DNA of 64,000 bases from Octopus vulgaris (lineage: Eukaryota): NCBI GenBank assembly GCA_951406725.2, contig OX597829.1:8494001-8558000 (forward strand), in the 5' to 3' direction. A program made the position numbers and the translations under genes. The first letter of the stretch is position 1, and every line of letters starts with the position of its first letter. Below the pieces are notes generated by a model. That model was given only the letters and a program-made list of their open reading frames with translations. It was not told the DNA's origin and did no database searches. Of this stretch, positions 26,291-40,249 are shown piece by piece.

Positions 26291-27430
26291 ATTTTATTAC
26301 TTTTATTATTTACCGCCCCGCCGGCACCCGACCCGTCACGAAGTGTCACTCAGGCACTCCGATAGTGTACCACGTTAAGGGTACCTCGTTCGGAAGCGGA
26401 ATACGTCGACATCTCCTCCCTTGGCAAGCTTTTAAAAAGTTTTCCCATCGTCTCTCACTTTCTGGAGAAAACTAAACTTTGTTCCTCAATTGAGTTGAAG
26501 CTACAACTTCCTCCGTCGGTCGTACAATATCCACCGACGGGGCTTCGGAACCTGCCGGCAGTGTATTAACCGCCGACACTGTCCCCTTTTTCTTCTTTTT
26601 CTCCTCTTTGCTACGGGAGGGTGTGGTTCTTCTGCTTTAACCGGAGGATCTTCCTTCGCTCCGCAACCTCGGGGTTTTTCGGTGGGCACCCATCGTTTTC
26701 CACCTTCCTTTTGCCACTTTTTTTGGTGTGTGTGTGTGGGGGTGGGGGGGAAGTCTTCACTACCCCCGTCTCTCCCTCCGAAGGAAGAGGTGAGGGTTCT
26801 TCCATCACCAGCTGTTCTAGGACCATACCTTGGTCCTTGGGGCAGCTCTTTTTAATATGGCCTGGTTCCAAGCACAGGTGACACCTGGGGGGGGGGCGTC
26901 CCTCATGAATCACCGGATACCTTGAACGGCCATTTAAAAAAGATCTGGAAAAACCAGATTCTTGGCTGATTGGGTCCACAGGGTCAACACCACTTTTGAC
27001 TCCACCCAATCAGCCGCCGGCAAAATTTTGACATTGCGCAGCATTGGCTCCGCTGTCATCCAGATCCAGACGGATGGTATCTTCTATCAACTTGGTTTCT
27101 ATTTCGGGTGTCAAACTGCAAATTTGCGAGCCTCTTCAGGGGTGTCAAATAGCTACCACACCGTCGCGTATTTGACACTCCTGGAAATAAATTTTACAGT
27201 TGGCATAAACTCCACCAACTCTCGCTTTCTGTTTGTCTTTTTAAAGAGGGTGATGGTGTCGAGCGACTTGGAGTATGTCCTCAACACAACCGTCCTCTCT
27301 TCCAAATCTTCCCCCCACTCTTTGGGTGGGACAATCTCCCACTCCATTACATTGTCCTGTTTCTTCGACATGTTCCTGCAAGCTTCTTACCCCACAGTCA
27401 TCCACAAAATTCATTTGATAGTTACAGACA
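26291..27430 (-). mobile_element. gag/ORF1-like zinc-knuckle element with an A-rich tail and no RT
   Basis: CHLCLEPGHIKKSC (CX2CX4HX4C) followed by a Pro/Lys/Arg-rich tail; ends aaataataaaagtaataaaa; GC-rich relative to its flanks. Confidence 0.6.
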
Positions 27431-27615
27431 GCATATTATAATGACCACGTGTTTCCGCTTCAGCGACTACTCACTTGCAAATGTAGCCTTACAATATTAT
27501 CGGTGTAGCTTCATCATGGTCCGTCCATTTGGTCATCCTCGAAGGGAACTGATTGAAGTAAATCTTTGTTAGTTATTGTTCTGAGGCAAGTGGGGGTGTT
27601 GCTGTTTATAGGTAT

Positions 27616-28400
27616 GTGCTGTTGGCCACCACTTCATCTCAGTTAGGACAGTTATCTAAAAATAGCAGCTACTATAAAATATTTAATAAACACAACGTAC
27701 GCCTCACCTTTTTCCATTTTCCCAGCCTGGCACAAATAATATCGGCTCGTAATGCAAGTAAACTATACAATTTCCAATGGGATCCTAGTAATCTGAATCT
27801 TAATAATACGGAAAAAATAATTAATAACAAAAGGAACATAAGCAATGAGATCCTAGTGGCACTAAATGGAGAAAATTCTTTCACAGGCATAGAAATAGAA
27901 GTTCAAAATGCTAGAAAGAGAAGCACTAAAATTAATATCCATGGGGAATTCAGAAATATTACCAGACCGGTGGAATGGGGGAGATTTCTAATGAAGTCAA
28001 TAACACAATAATAGATAAACAAGTTTAAGCAACTTTGCTAGAGATAAAATATGCCTGTTAAGTCTATATACATAAAGTTACCTTGGAGGGAAGGGAATAT
28101 ATTTATATAGGGACCAGCTGTCTTTGTTTCAAAAACAGACTGGCCAATCATTCAAATTCCCTGATAAATAGGAAAAGAAAACGACCCAAGCCTAAATAAA
28201 CTAATTTGATCGATTAATGACAAGAATAATGCCTACTCTATTGAATATGGGGAAATAGATGCGACTTGTGCATAGAAGAGCTTTACCAAATGTTTACATC
28301 AAAACACACATTAATTAATACTAAACACGAACAAGCTCTGAGATGTTTGCACAAAAACGGTAGGACCTTTAAGAGATATAGAGTTAATTCTAGATAGCAA
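27616..28400 (+). mobile_element. Second Naiad-like PLE fragment (linker plus GIY-YIG)
   Basis: YYKIFNKHNVRLTF...IISARN; VYIHKV..EYIYIGTS..FKNRLANH; RCLHKN. Confidence 0.65.
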
Positions 28401-28663
28401 AAACTCACACAACAATTGGGGTTGATATAACAAATAAAATAACATAACCTGAGCATAAAAATATTTAACAACCATCGTTAATAAAAAAAAACACAAATAC
28501 TCTTCACAATGTACAACAAATAATGTGCAGCTCAACCGAAACGTGAATATATACAAAAAAAAAAACCCTTCAGTTCAAGCACTACTCTCGATATCAAAAA
28601 TACCTACTCCAGATGGTTTTCACTGTCGAGCGTTAGGACACACGGAATTACATGTCAAAAGAA

Positions 28664-30059
<1,396 letters not shown>

Positions 30060-30396
30060 TACGTTCTGAGTCTGCGCAGTGATTTGAATTGTTTAGAAAG
30101 AGCAATTTAATAGACGCATGTGCCTCTATTAATGTGCGCTTCCCATAATAACAGGAATCTTACTGAAGAGCCTACCTGAGTAAATAAATATTATTTTTAT
30201 TGCTGAAATAGGCGAAACTGCAGTCTAAGAAGAACTAAGTTTGTAAAAGTTTTTAATTTTCATCTCATTAAATTTATCCAGCTTTTGTGTATCTGGTACA
30301 CACTTCGCCTTTTAGTGTACTTATATATGAATAATATATGGCGTGTCCCAGAACACCAGCGATAATAATTAATTTTATTGTATCGCATTTGACTTT

Positions 30397-30506
<110 letters not shown>

Positions 30507-30510
30507 GTAT

Positions 30511-30820
30511 GGAGGCGCAATGGCCCAGTGGTTAGGGCAGCGAACTCGCGGTCGTAGGATCGTGGTTTCGATTCCCAGACCGGGCGTTGTGAGTGTTTAT
30601 TGAGCGAAAACACTTAAAGCTCCACGAGGCTCCGGCAGGGGGTTGTGGCAATCCCTGCTGTACTCTTTCGCCACAACTTTCTCTCACTCTTTCGTCTGTT
30701 GGCCTTCTCGCTTAGCCAGCGGGGTGGCGTCATTTGAAGGCTAAAACAATGCTAAGCGCATTATAACCAGCGATGCGTAGCAACATCTGATAGCCTGGTC
30801 GGTCACGGTGATCACGGTGA
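30511..30820 (+). mobile_element. tRNA-derived SINE
   Basis: A box tggcccagtgg, B box gtttcgattcc; ends in (tcacggtga)2 before a (TATATG)n tract. Confidence 0.85.
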
Positions 30821-30842
30821 TATATGTATATGTATATGTATA

Positions 30843-32243
30843 AAGAAAAGCATTGTGAAAAGTCCTCCAGAGACTTGGGTGTCCTGCAAAGTTCCTTGTT
30901 TTGGTTAGGTATTTTCATGAAAACATGAAGGGTAGGGTTAATGTTAGAGGGAAAATATCGGAGCCCATTTCAATACAAAATGGAGTGAAACAGGGGGATA
31001 TTCTGGCACCGACACTATTTGCAATATTTTTGTGTTTGTTTTCGGCATTGCATTCAGCAACTGCAGATACGGTGTTTACATCCATTATCGAACCTCTGAT
31101 GCTTGCACTGCCTTAGGATTGGCAGTCACTCTCAAGAAAACTGTTGTCATGTACCAACCTGCCCCTGGTAAGCAGTATAGTGTATCAGATATCTATGTGT
31201 ATGGTAAACGACTTGATGTAGTTGATCAGTTTGTCTACCTGGGAAGCACTATTAATAGATATAGCAATTTAGATGATGAAATTCCATACAGAATTAGGAA
31301 AGCAAGTGATGCTTTCGGAAGGTTCTGGAGTCGGCGAGACATATGTAGAAATACACAGATAAAGGTGTACAAATCCTGTATGCTCCCTTCTCTTCTCTAT
31401 GCCTGCGAGATGCGGGTCACATATCGATACCACCTTAAACAACTGGAACGTTTCCATCTGATGTGTCTCAGACGGATCTATAGCATTAAATGGGAGGACC
31501 GCATCAGTGGTCTTGAAATATTGGAAAGCTTTCGGTGCGAAAGTATAGAAGCTCTTGTGTTAAAGCAAAGGCTCGGATGGAGTGGTCATCTGGTCAGGAT
31601 GAAGGATTCAAGGATGCCAAAACAACTCTTTTAAAAGAGAACGACCCGCACATAAACCAAAAAAGAGGTATAAGGACTTGCCGAAGGCTTCCTTAAGAGA
31701 TGCTTGCATCTCTCCTGACACATGGGAGGGCATAGCTATTGAGCGTAGCAGGTGGAGAAGGGTTGTGCACGAGGGAACAGCTATTTTTGCGAAATCTCGA
31801 GTTGCGCATGAGAAAGTAAGGAGGGATGTCAGGAAGGACTTCGCTATTACACTTCCAGATGGGAAGGGTCTTCCTATGATGCTGACATGCAGTGTCTGTG
31901 CAAGACCCTGCCTCAGTAAAGCTGGACTCAAGAGTCATCTTCGTAGTCATAAAGCGAGACAGATGAGTGACAACCTGGCCACTGGTGGTGGTGTAACACA
32001 CCATACTAATCATATCTGTCAAGCATGTGGAAGAGAGTGTAATTCGGCAGGAGGACTTAAACGACATGCATAGGTACATGAAGCCCAGTTAAAACTACAG
32101 CCGGCTGTTACTGGTAAAGGTATTAGTTGCCAATTTTGTACAAAACATTGTAGAACTTTAGCTGGGCTAAAAAGTCACATTCGATTACAGCACCAGTAAC
32201 AGTTAAGCTTCGTGCAATGTCCGTACTCGATAACGAGGGGGCA

Positions 32244-32250
<7 letters not shown>
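30843..32250 (+). mobile_element. 5'-truncated RTE (BovB-like) LINE with three C-terminal C2H2 zinc fingers
   Basis: NGVKQGDILAPTLF, FVYLGS, LLYACE, RLGWSGHLVRMKDSRMPKQL, CSVC..H..H, CQAC..H..H, CQFC..H...H. Confidence 0.9.
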
Positions 32251-32312
<62 letters not shown>

Positions 32313-32481
32313 CACATACGTTTATATAATCGTTTTGCAAGATTCTTGATGTGAATTAGCGTGTTGAAACAGATATTACTGTATTTGGGGATGGTCATGC
32401 TGCTAGTTTAGCCAATGAAAACTATATATGTCTCACTATATATTTAGCGTCCACTTGCTTCAGCTTTATTTTATATTAATA

Positions 32482-32869
32482 CTAGCAGTATCACCCGGTG
32501 TTGCTTGGGTTTGTTTCGACCCTTTGGAATTGGAATTTTTGAAAAGTAAAAATTTTGCATTATGCAACTTTTTATTCTCTTCAAGTGAACATTTTTCCAG
32601 TTGAAATACACCGAAAAATGGTGACACAGCAGTCAAAAATCGTAAAAAAATAGGGATTTTCATAGAAAAAAAAGCACCTTTTTGATGTAAATAAATTTTG
32701 GTGTTAACATGGTCCGATTTGAATTTTATCTTCTACAGAATGAAGAGCAAGCCTTCTATCATACTTTCAATTATGGTCAACTTGCGCTGCAGGGTCTCGA
32801 AGGAGATAGTGTTAGTTGAAGGCTACCAAACCTGCCACACACAGGCAACTTCAGCTTTATATATATAGA
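32482..32869 (-). mobile_element. Complete non-autonomous Helitron (about 390 bp)
   Basis: The minus strand reads A|TCTATATATATAAAGCTG ... cccaagcaacaccggg-tgatactg-CTAG|T. Confidence 0.85.
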
Positions 32870-32870
32870 T

Positions 32871-33597
32871 TTGCTACACACTACTTTTCATCCTTAATAA
32901 TGAAACTTGGTAGATCCAAAAGTTAAACACACAGACGCACACACAGATACACACACAGACACACAAGTTGAGTTTTATATATATAGATTTCTCAACGGGG
33001 ATCTCAGGGGAGAGTTTCAGGGAGTCGCTGGCGATGTATCGTGATGATCAAAAATCCGGCCTGCTAAAATTTGGTTAAAGTGATTCAAACTGCAGACTCA
33101 ACGCAAAATGGCCACATTTAATTCAAAGCGTTAAAAATGTTATGAAAACAATTGGTATGTGTTCACAAAGTTCAAACGATTAATACGAAAAATCCCTCCA
33201 GGCTACATCCCGAAAATTCATTTCTTTGCCGAATTTCTACAATGTTTATGGCGATTCGTTTTTATATCTTGATTTTTTAAATTTTTCATGCAATTTACGC
33301 ATGCTTGCACGCGTGGTGAACACAGTTCATGTCAAACAGCTGACTGAGTAAAGTTCACTATTCGATGCATGGGATAAGGCCTAAACAAACACATTATCGA
33401 TTTTTGCACTTGCGAGATGAATTTCGGAACAGATATAGTGCAGTTCAATTTTCATTCGCCTAAACTTTAAGTTACCCATTTTTGGTGGTTCTACGATTTG
33501 TTGGCTAGGAGGAGATGTGCTGGGAAGTTAAACACACAGACACACACACACACAGATACACACACAGACACACAAGTTGAGTTTTATGTATATAGAT
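32871..33597 (-). mobile_element. Two further Helitron-like 5' ends of a related family
   Basis: gttaaacacacagac...caagttgagttttat..atagat is repeated at 32921-32988 and 33527-33597. Confidence 0.7.
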
Positions 33598-33909
33598 AAA
33601 ACAAAGCTGAAGTAAATGAACACCTAATATATAGTGCGTGTGTTTTCAATGGTTAAACTAGCAACATCACCATACCCCAAATACAGCAATACATTTATAT
33701 ATATATATATACCTTACCTTCAGAGCGAAAGGTCTGTCCATTCAATGGAATCTAAGAGACCGAAACAGGTGAAATTTTGAAGGTTTAATGTCGGATGTAT
33801 AAGACGGTTGAAATAAAAGTTTCCATGCAATGTTCCTGTAACTTCTGCCGCATCAGCAAAGGAGGGTGCAATGTGGCAATATTTATATATATGTATCTAT
33901 TTATATATA

Positions 33910-33978
<69 letters not shown>

Positions 33979-33984
33979 AAAAAA

Positions 33985-34774
33985 GTCAAGATAGAAAATG
34001 CTAAAATAATTTTATAGAAAGCATTTCAGTACCGGTTTCAATCATTGAGACTTTTTGAACTGTGACAATTAAATAATTAAATTTAGAAAAATTAAAAGAA
34101 AAGTTTTAAAAACATTTGTATAGTGTTCAAGTAGAAGTGGCATTTTCCTTGTTTCTGCCTGTCTCTGTCTCTCTTGTTTACTCTTGTGGGTTCAAGGTCC
34201 ATGTGAATTCTTTGTAGGAAAGAAGAAGAAGGAGAGGGAGAAGGAGAAGAAGAAGAATGTGGGAGTGCCATGATAGTAGTATTTTGAATGGTCAGCTGCG
34301 CTGACCCACAGTTGATGGTAGCAGTCGCTGTTCAATTCATGAAAATATTTCTTTTGAATGTTTTGTTTATAGAATTTGCGTATGTGTTATTCTAAACAGC
34401 ATTAATAATAAAGTTAGGAAGGAGAAGGAAGGAGACGAAGAAGAAGAAGAAGAAGAAGAAGAAGAAGAAGAAGAAGAAGAAGAAGAAGAAGAAGAAGAAG
34501 AAGAAGAAAGAGAAGGGAAATAAGAGGGAATGTAGGTAGTGTGAAAGTAGTAAGGTGTTAAATGACTTAAAATTGGCACCTAATGGATTCTAACAGTGAT
34601 TGGGACTGTTTTTTAATGAATTCTTGGGAATCTCTCGAGCGTATCATTTTTAATATTTGCGTGTGTATTTGTGTTATTCGAAGGCCGAGGTGGATATGTC
34701 GTTTGTCGTAGACGCGTTCAAAAGGGGCCTGTATTTTGTAATAAAGTGCGTCTCTTTACTAATTCGTAAACAAA

Positions 34775-34780
<6 letters not shown>
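33985..34780 (-). mobile_element. Penelope-like 3' fragment/pLTR containing (GAA)n
   Basis: RISKETHFITKYRPLLN (endonuclease C-terminus); GAAACCGGTA at 34030-34039 (minus strand). Confidence 0.55.
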
Positions 34781-34814
<34 letters not shown>

Positions 34815-34815
<1 letters not shown>

Positions 34816-37620
34816 AAGTGAAGTTGTAAGGTACCGCACGAGTGGAAATATATATAAAAGAAGGTTTGAAAATGCAATTTTAAAAGATGTTTATTCACTT
34901 GACCGGTTTCACTTTTTTAGAAAAAGATTGTCAAAAGTAAAATGTAAAGGCTTTGTTGTGTTAAGTACTGGTAGTCAGAAAATATTACAATACATATATA
35001 CATTCTTTGATAGTAATAAGAAAATGTTAAAAACAGTTTACAAGGAAAAATCTTGAGAAAATATCAAAATGTTCATTAAAAATATTAGGATTTCCTTAAA
35101 AATCATGTTTGTTTGGAAGTATCTATATATATACACAGAAAATTATAAGTTCAAAAGGGTCATATCTGGTGGTATATATATATACACAGAAGGAGATATA
35201 TTTAAGAGTTTACAAAGAATTTGAGATAAACTGACCTGTTTTACCATTTTTTTTTCATTTTCTGTGAAGTTAAAGGCTGTTTACTATTTTAAGGGACAGT
35301 GTGGGAGGTTGGTTTGGGTGGGGGGAAGGAAGTACAACGTGGAATTGAAAATAATTTTTTGTTTCTCTTTCATGGTTGGTCTTTCATGGCTAGTTTTTCA
35401 TGGTTCAGTGGTTTTTGGGACTGGTCTTAGAGGTCAGAATGGTGTGTGTGTGGCTGTGTGCGTGTATATACATGTGCTTGTGTTTGTGTGTGTAGACCGT
35501 TTTTGATTGGTCCTAGGGTTTATTGTGATGTATGTAAATGTGTCTGTGTGTGTTTAATATTTGGTAGGATGCTGTGTGTACATGTGTGCACGTTTGTGCG
35601 TGTGTATGTGTGTGATTAATATTTGTTAGGGTGTTGTGTGTGCGCAATTGTGCGTATGTTTTTGTTCGCGTGTGTGTATGTTTGCGTCTGTGGGTGCATC
35701 TGTATGCTTGTGCGTTTTTGTGTTGGTGGGGATGCTATGTGTGTGTACATGAGTGTGTGTGTATCTCTGTCTTAGTATGTTTGTGTTGTTATGATTGTCT
35801 TGGTGTTGTGTGTGTGTATATATGTGTGTGATTGGTATTTGTCATGGTGTTGTGTGTGCGCATGTGTGTGTATATGTGTTTGTTCGCGTGTGTGTGTGTC
35901 TGTATGTGCACGCGTGTATCTTTGTGTGTTTTTTGTGTTGGTTGGGATGCTATGTGTGTGTATGTGAGTGTGTGTGTTGTGTCTGTCTGAGTATGTTTCT
36001 GTTTTAATTGTCCTTGTGGTGTGTGTGTGTGTAGGTAACCGTCTGAATGATAGGGTGCCTTTGTATGTGTGTGGGTATGTGTGGATGTGTATGTGTGTGT
36101 AAGTGTGTTGTATTTATCAGGGGTTCTGTGTGTCCATGTCTGTTGGGTTTATCTGGGTGGTGTGTATGTGTGTGCATATGCGTTTTGTGTGTGTTGGTAT
36201 TGAGTATGCGTTTGTGCGTGCATGTATATATGTCGATATGGTTTATGTAGTTTTCGTATGTGTGTGTGTGTGTGCTGCGTTTGTGAGTGATTTGTTTTGT
36301 TTGTATTGTTAGTTCAGTGTGTGTGTATACGTGTGGGTGTGCTTGTGTGAGTGTGTCTATGTGTTTTGTATTTGTCGGGGAGGTGTGTATCATTGTGTGT
36401 GTGTGTCCATCCTTGTGTGTATGTATGTTTGTGAGTGTTTGTTGTGTTTGTTAGGGTCGTATTGTGAGTGTATGTGTGTTTTTCTTTTGAAAGTGTGTGT
36501 GTGTGTGATTTTATTACTGGGGTACGGGCATTTTGTGTGTGTGTGTACAGGTGTGCATAAATGCGTGTGTGTTTGTGTGCGTTCTGTTGTAGCTGCGTGT
36601 TTGTGTATCTGTGTATGTGTGTATGTGTGTCTGAATGTGATTTGTAATTTCGGGGCAGTCTGTAGGTGTGTGCATGTCCGTGTTTACATATGTGTATATG
36701 TGTTTGTGAGTATTGGTTATGGTTGCTAGTATCATATTGTAAGTGTATATATGTATGTGTTTTTCTTGAATGTGTGTGGGTTTGTGCTCTAGTGTGAGGA
36801 TATTGTGTTCGTGCATGTGTGTATTTGCGTCGGAGGTTGGCATTGTTTGTGTGTGTGATTTTGTATATCTATATGTGTTTCTGTGTGTGTGTTTGTTTGT
36901 TTTGGATGTGTACCTGGGGGGTATGTTAGAGTATGTTGAGTTGTGGTCTGTATTTTTGAATAAGATTATTTTCCCTATTTATTCGTGTTTGGTCAGTGGT
37001 GTTGTCCGAGCATTGGTATAGTGGAAAAACTAGGAATTTGGGGGACTTGTTATGTGCATAGAGGTTTAAATGCCCACTTAGTGGTATCTGTCTTGTTGTG
37101 GGTTCCCTAAGTTGTTGGTGGTGAATTGTCATCCTTTCTCTGAGGGTAAGGCTCGTTTGCCCTATGTAATCTTTGTGGCACCCTTCACACCTTATGACAA
37201 AGTAAATTCTTTGATGCGCAGGTGAAATTATTTTTTATGACAAAAGTGTGTCCCGACTGGAATTTGTACACTGATCCTTCAAGAAGGTGGATGCAAGTCC
37301 TGCAGTTGGAACGACCACATTTTTTGACGGTGGGTGGCGGGCCTGTGCTGGGCAATCTTGCATTGGGGAGTAGGTTTTTAGGGATTTGGGTTGTCTTTTG
37401 CTTTTTATTATTTTATGGGTTGCGAGTACTTTTTTTTAGACGTGGGTCTTGATTCAGGTGTGGAATGTTCTTGGAATATAATAGTGTAAGCTTCTGCATT
37501 TCTTGGAATGTGTGTTGAGAGATAGGGGAGGATATTTACCGTACTTGAGTGTGTTTTGGTTTTCGTAAGTCTTGAGTAGTAATTGATTCGGCCAGTTCTA
37601 TTTCATTGTCAAGTAGTGAT
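34815..37620 (-). mobile_element. Penelope-like element: GIY-YIG C-terminal region and a long CA-rich 3' region
   Basis: CGRSNCRTCIH..FTCASKNL..VIRCEGCHKDYIGQT..LRERMTIHHQQ..RENNLIQKYRPQLNIL* (stop about 36926); GAAACCGGTC at 34901-34910 (minus strand). Confidence 0.8.
35440..36910. repeat. Degenerate GT-rich array with an about 215-bp higher-order repeat
   Basis: tttttgtgttgg..gggatgctatgtgtgtgta occurs at about 35715 and about 35930. Confidence 0.8.
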
Positions 37621-37631
37621 GCTGGGGAATG

Positions 37632-37690
<59 letters not shown>

Positions 37691-37701
37691 TACATACATA
37701 T

Positions 37702-37759
<58 letters not shown>

Positions 37760-37761
<2 letters not shown>

Positions 37762-37980
37762 TGTTTTCAGCTGTAGAAATGAGTTGCGACGTCATGAGTG
37801 CCAAGCTGTATTGGCCTTTGCCTTTCCCTTGGATAACACTGGTGGCGTGGAGAGGGGAGGCCGGTATGCATGGGCGACTGCTGGTCTTCCATAAACAACC
37901 ATGCCCAGACTTGTGACTAGGAGGGTAACTTTCTAGGTGCAATCCCATGGTCAGTGTCGTGACCGAAGGGGGTCCCAAAA
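37760..37980 (+). mobile_element. Probable SINE 3' portion
   Basis: GC-rich block set between microsatellites; family recognised only loosely. Confidence 0.45.
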
Positions 37981-37989
37981 AATTCATGT

Positions 37990-38193
37990 ATGTGTGTTTG
38001 TTCCTCCACCGTCTCTTGACAACCGATGTCGGTATGTTTATGTATCCGTGACTTAGTGAAAAGAGACCGATTGAATAAGTGCTGGGCTTACAAAGATTAA
38101 GTCCTGGGATCGATTTCTTCGACTAGATTCTTTGAAGGCGGTGCTCCAGCACGGCCGCAGTCAAATAACTGAAACAAGTAAAAGAATAAAAGA
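37990..38193 (+). mobile_element. 3' half of a SINE (family of 45152-45538)
   Basis: cttgacaaccgatg...ggcggtgctccagca.ggccgcagtcaaa...aagtaaaagaataaaaga. Confidence 0.85.
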
Positions 38194-39287
38194 ATGCACA
38201 CGCACAAAACCATATTTAGACTAACGCATAAATGCAGCAACTGTATTTTTCATTGGTATAAATCGACACAAACACAACACAGTAGACATTTCTGCATAAA
38301 AAAAATCACGAGTTGGCCTTGAACATTTGCTGACCTAACCTTTAACGTATTGCAGAAATATACGCTATGCATAGTTGAGATGGAATGTATCCTATTCTTA
38401 ACCCCCACTCTCTCTCTATCTCTTTCTCTCTCTCTCTCTTTCACAAACGCACACATTCACACACACACACATAAAATGATGTATGCAACAGTGATGCCAA
38501 CGATGAAGCCTCTATACGACCGTTCGGTCTGCTAGAAATATCAACCTAATACTCACCGATAACAACTCCTTAAAAAAAAGAACTAAAGAAAATAGGTGAA
38601 TGATTACATTTGAATGATTACGTTTATGTACCATGTCAGAGCACGTAATCATGTCATGATTATATTTTATGTACCATGTCAGACCACGGTTGAACAACAA
38701 TAGCAAAACTGCAACAGCAGCAGCAGCAGCAGTAGCAGCAGCAACACCAACAGCAACAATATTACAGAGCCATGCAAATAATAAAAGGGCATATTCTGAA
38801 CTGCATATAACAGTTTCTTATTCTTAAGAGAGAGTCCTTCATTCAAACTCTCATTTATATATCGACTCAGTATCATTTTGACTTTTCATTGTCCCTTCTA
38901 CTGCACACTGAGACTACAACCGCCCGTAGTCCGTTGGATTTTGTTCTATATATTCCATGATACTTATAAGTCTTCTTCACCCTTTTCCACGGGAACGGAG
39001 ACAGATATCAAACTGGCGATTTTAAAGCAAATAGGAGAAAAAGAAGATCGTTTCACCCAATGGGAAAACCTACTCGAAATGGAAGCGTGCAAAATGGATA
39101 AAATGAACCTCTTCCCTAATACATATTTCCCATTGGTTGCCAAAGAGATGAACTTACTTCTAATTATATATGGAAGATTTCAATCCAAACAATAGCGACG
39201 AGTTGCATTTCTGTTAAAAAGAAATAAACTAGAAAAATTCAAGGCACTCAAAAGTTGGTGTATTGGTGTTACGAATTACTCAGTAAT

Positions 39288-39893
39288 CTTTTCTACTCTA
39301 GACACAAGGCCTTAAATTTTTTTGGGAGGGGGCCAGTCAACAAGATTGACTCCAGTACTTAATCTAATGAACCCGAAAAGGATGAATGGCAAAGTCGACC
39401 TCGGCGGAATTTGAACTCAGAACATAAAGGCAGACGAAATACCGCTAAGCATTTCACCCGGCGTGCTAACGTTTCTTCTTTTTTATTGCCCACAAGGGGC
39501 TAAACATAGAGGAGACAAACAAGAACAGACAAAGGGATTAAGTCGATTATATCGACTCCAGTGCGTAACTGGTACTTATTTAATTGACCCCGAAAGGATG
39601 AAAGGGAAAGTCGACCTCGGCGGAATTTGAACTCAGAACATAGCGGCAGACGAAATACCTATTTCTTTACTACCCACAAGGGTTAAAAACAGAAGGGACA
39701 AACAAGGACAGACAAACGGATTAAGTCGATTATATCGACCCCAGTGCGTAACTGTTACTTAATTTATCGACCCCAAAAGGATGAAAGGCAAAGTCGACCT
39801 CGGCGGAATTTGAACTCTGAACTTAACGGCAGACGAAATACCGCGAAGCATTTCGCCCGGCGTGCTAGCGTTTCTGACAGCTCACCACCTTAA
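39288..39893 (-). mobile_element. SINE with three internal repeat units and a 15-bp TSD
   Basis: gtcgacctcggcggaatttgaactc occurs three times; TSD gaattactcagtaat at 39273-39287 and 39894-39908. Confidence 0.9.
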
Positions 39894-40249
39894 GAATTAC
39901 TCAGTAATGACAACATAATTCATACTTAATTAATACGATATAAAACCACCTTACATTAGTTAATAACAGAAACCTAGCTTACAGTAGTCAATTGTTATAA
40001 CATCAAGCAAGTTTACCTAGGAGATCTGCGATATTTCCTGCATATCCGGTACAAGAAAATGCTCATAGAATCCTTCAAGTGTCTTAAATTTCAATATGAG
40101 CAGTGGTGGATGGGAAAATAGAAGGTAAGCAAAATATGTGGAAAAAACCCATCACATTCACGTTGAATAAAGTTCACAGTTTTTTGCGTAGAACGCAAAG
40201 AACTGATAAGAAGAGGAAAGGTGTGGCGGCCTGTAATTTGAGAAGGATT

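Noticed and set aside
30511-30590. tRNA-like sequences (also 43060-43185, 45152-45225)
   Set aside because: SINE heads that run into repeat bodies; no convincing cloverleaf or Pol III terminator.
35631-36843. Cys/Val- or His/Thr-rich ORFs resembling metallothionein or keratin-associated proteins
   Set aside because: Products of a degenerate (GT)n array that is open in many frames.
38878-39195. 105-aa ORF as a host exon
   Set aside because: No recognisable motif or convincing splice signals.
39390-39830. Regularly spaced about 25-bp repeats resembling a CRISPR array
   Set aside because: The intervening sequences are also homologous (SINE multimer); eukaryotic context and no cas genes.
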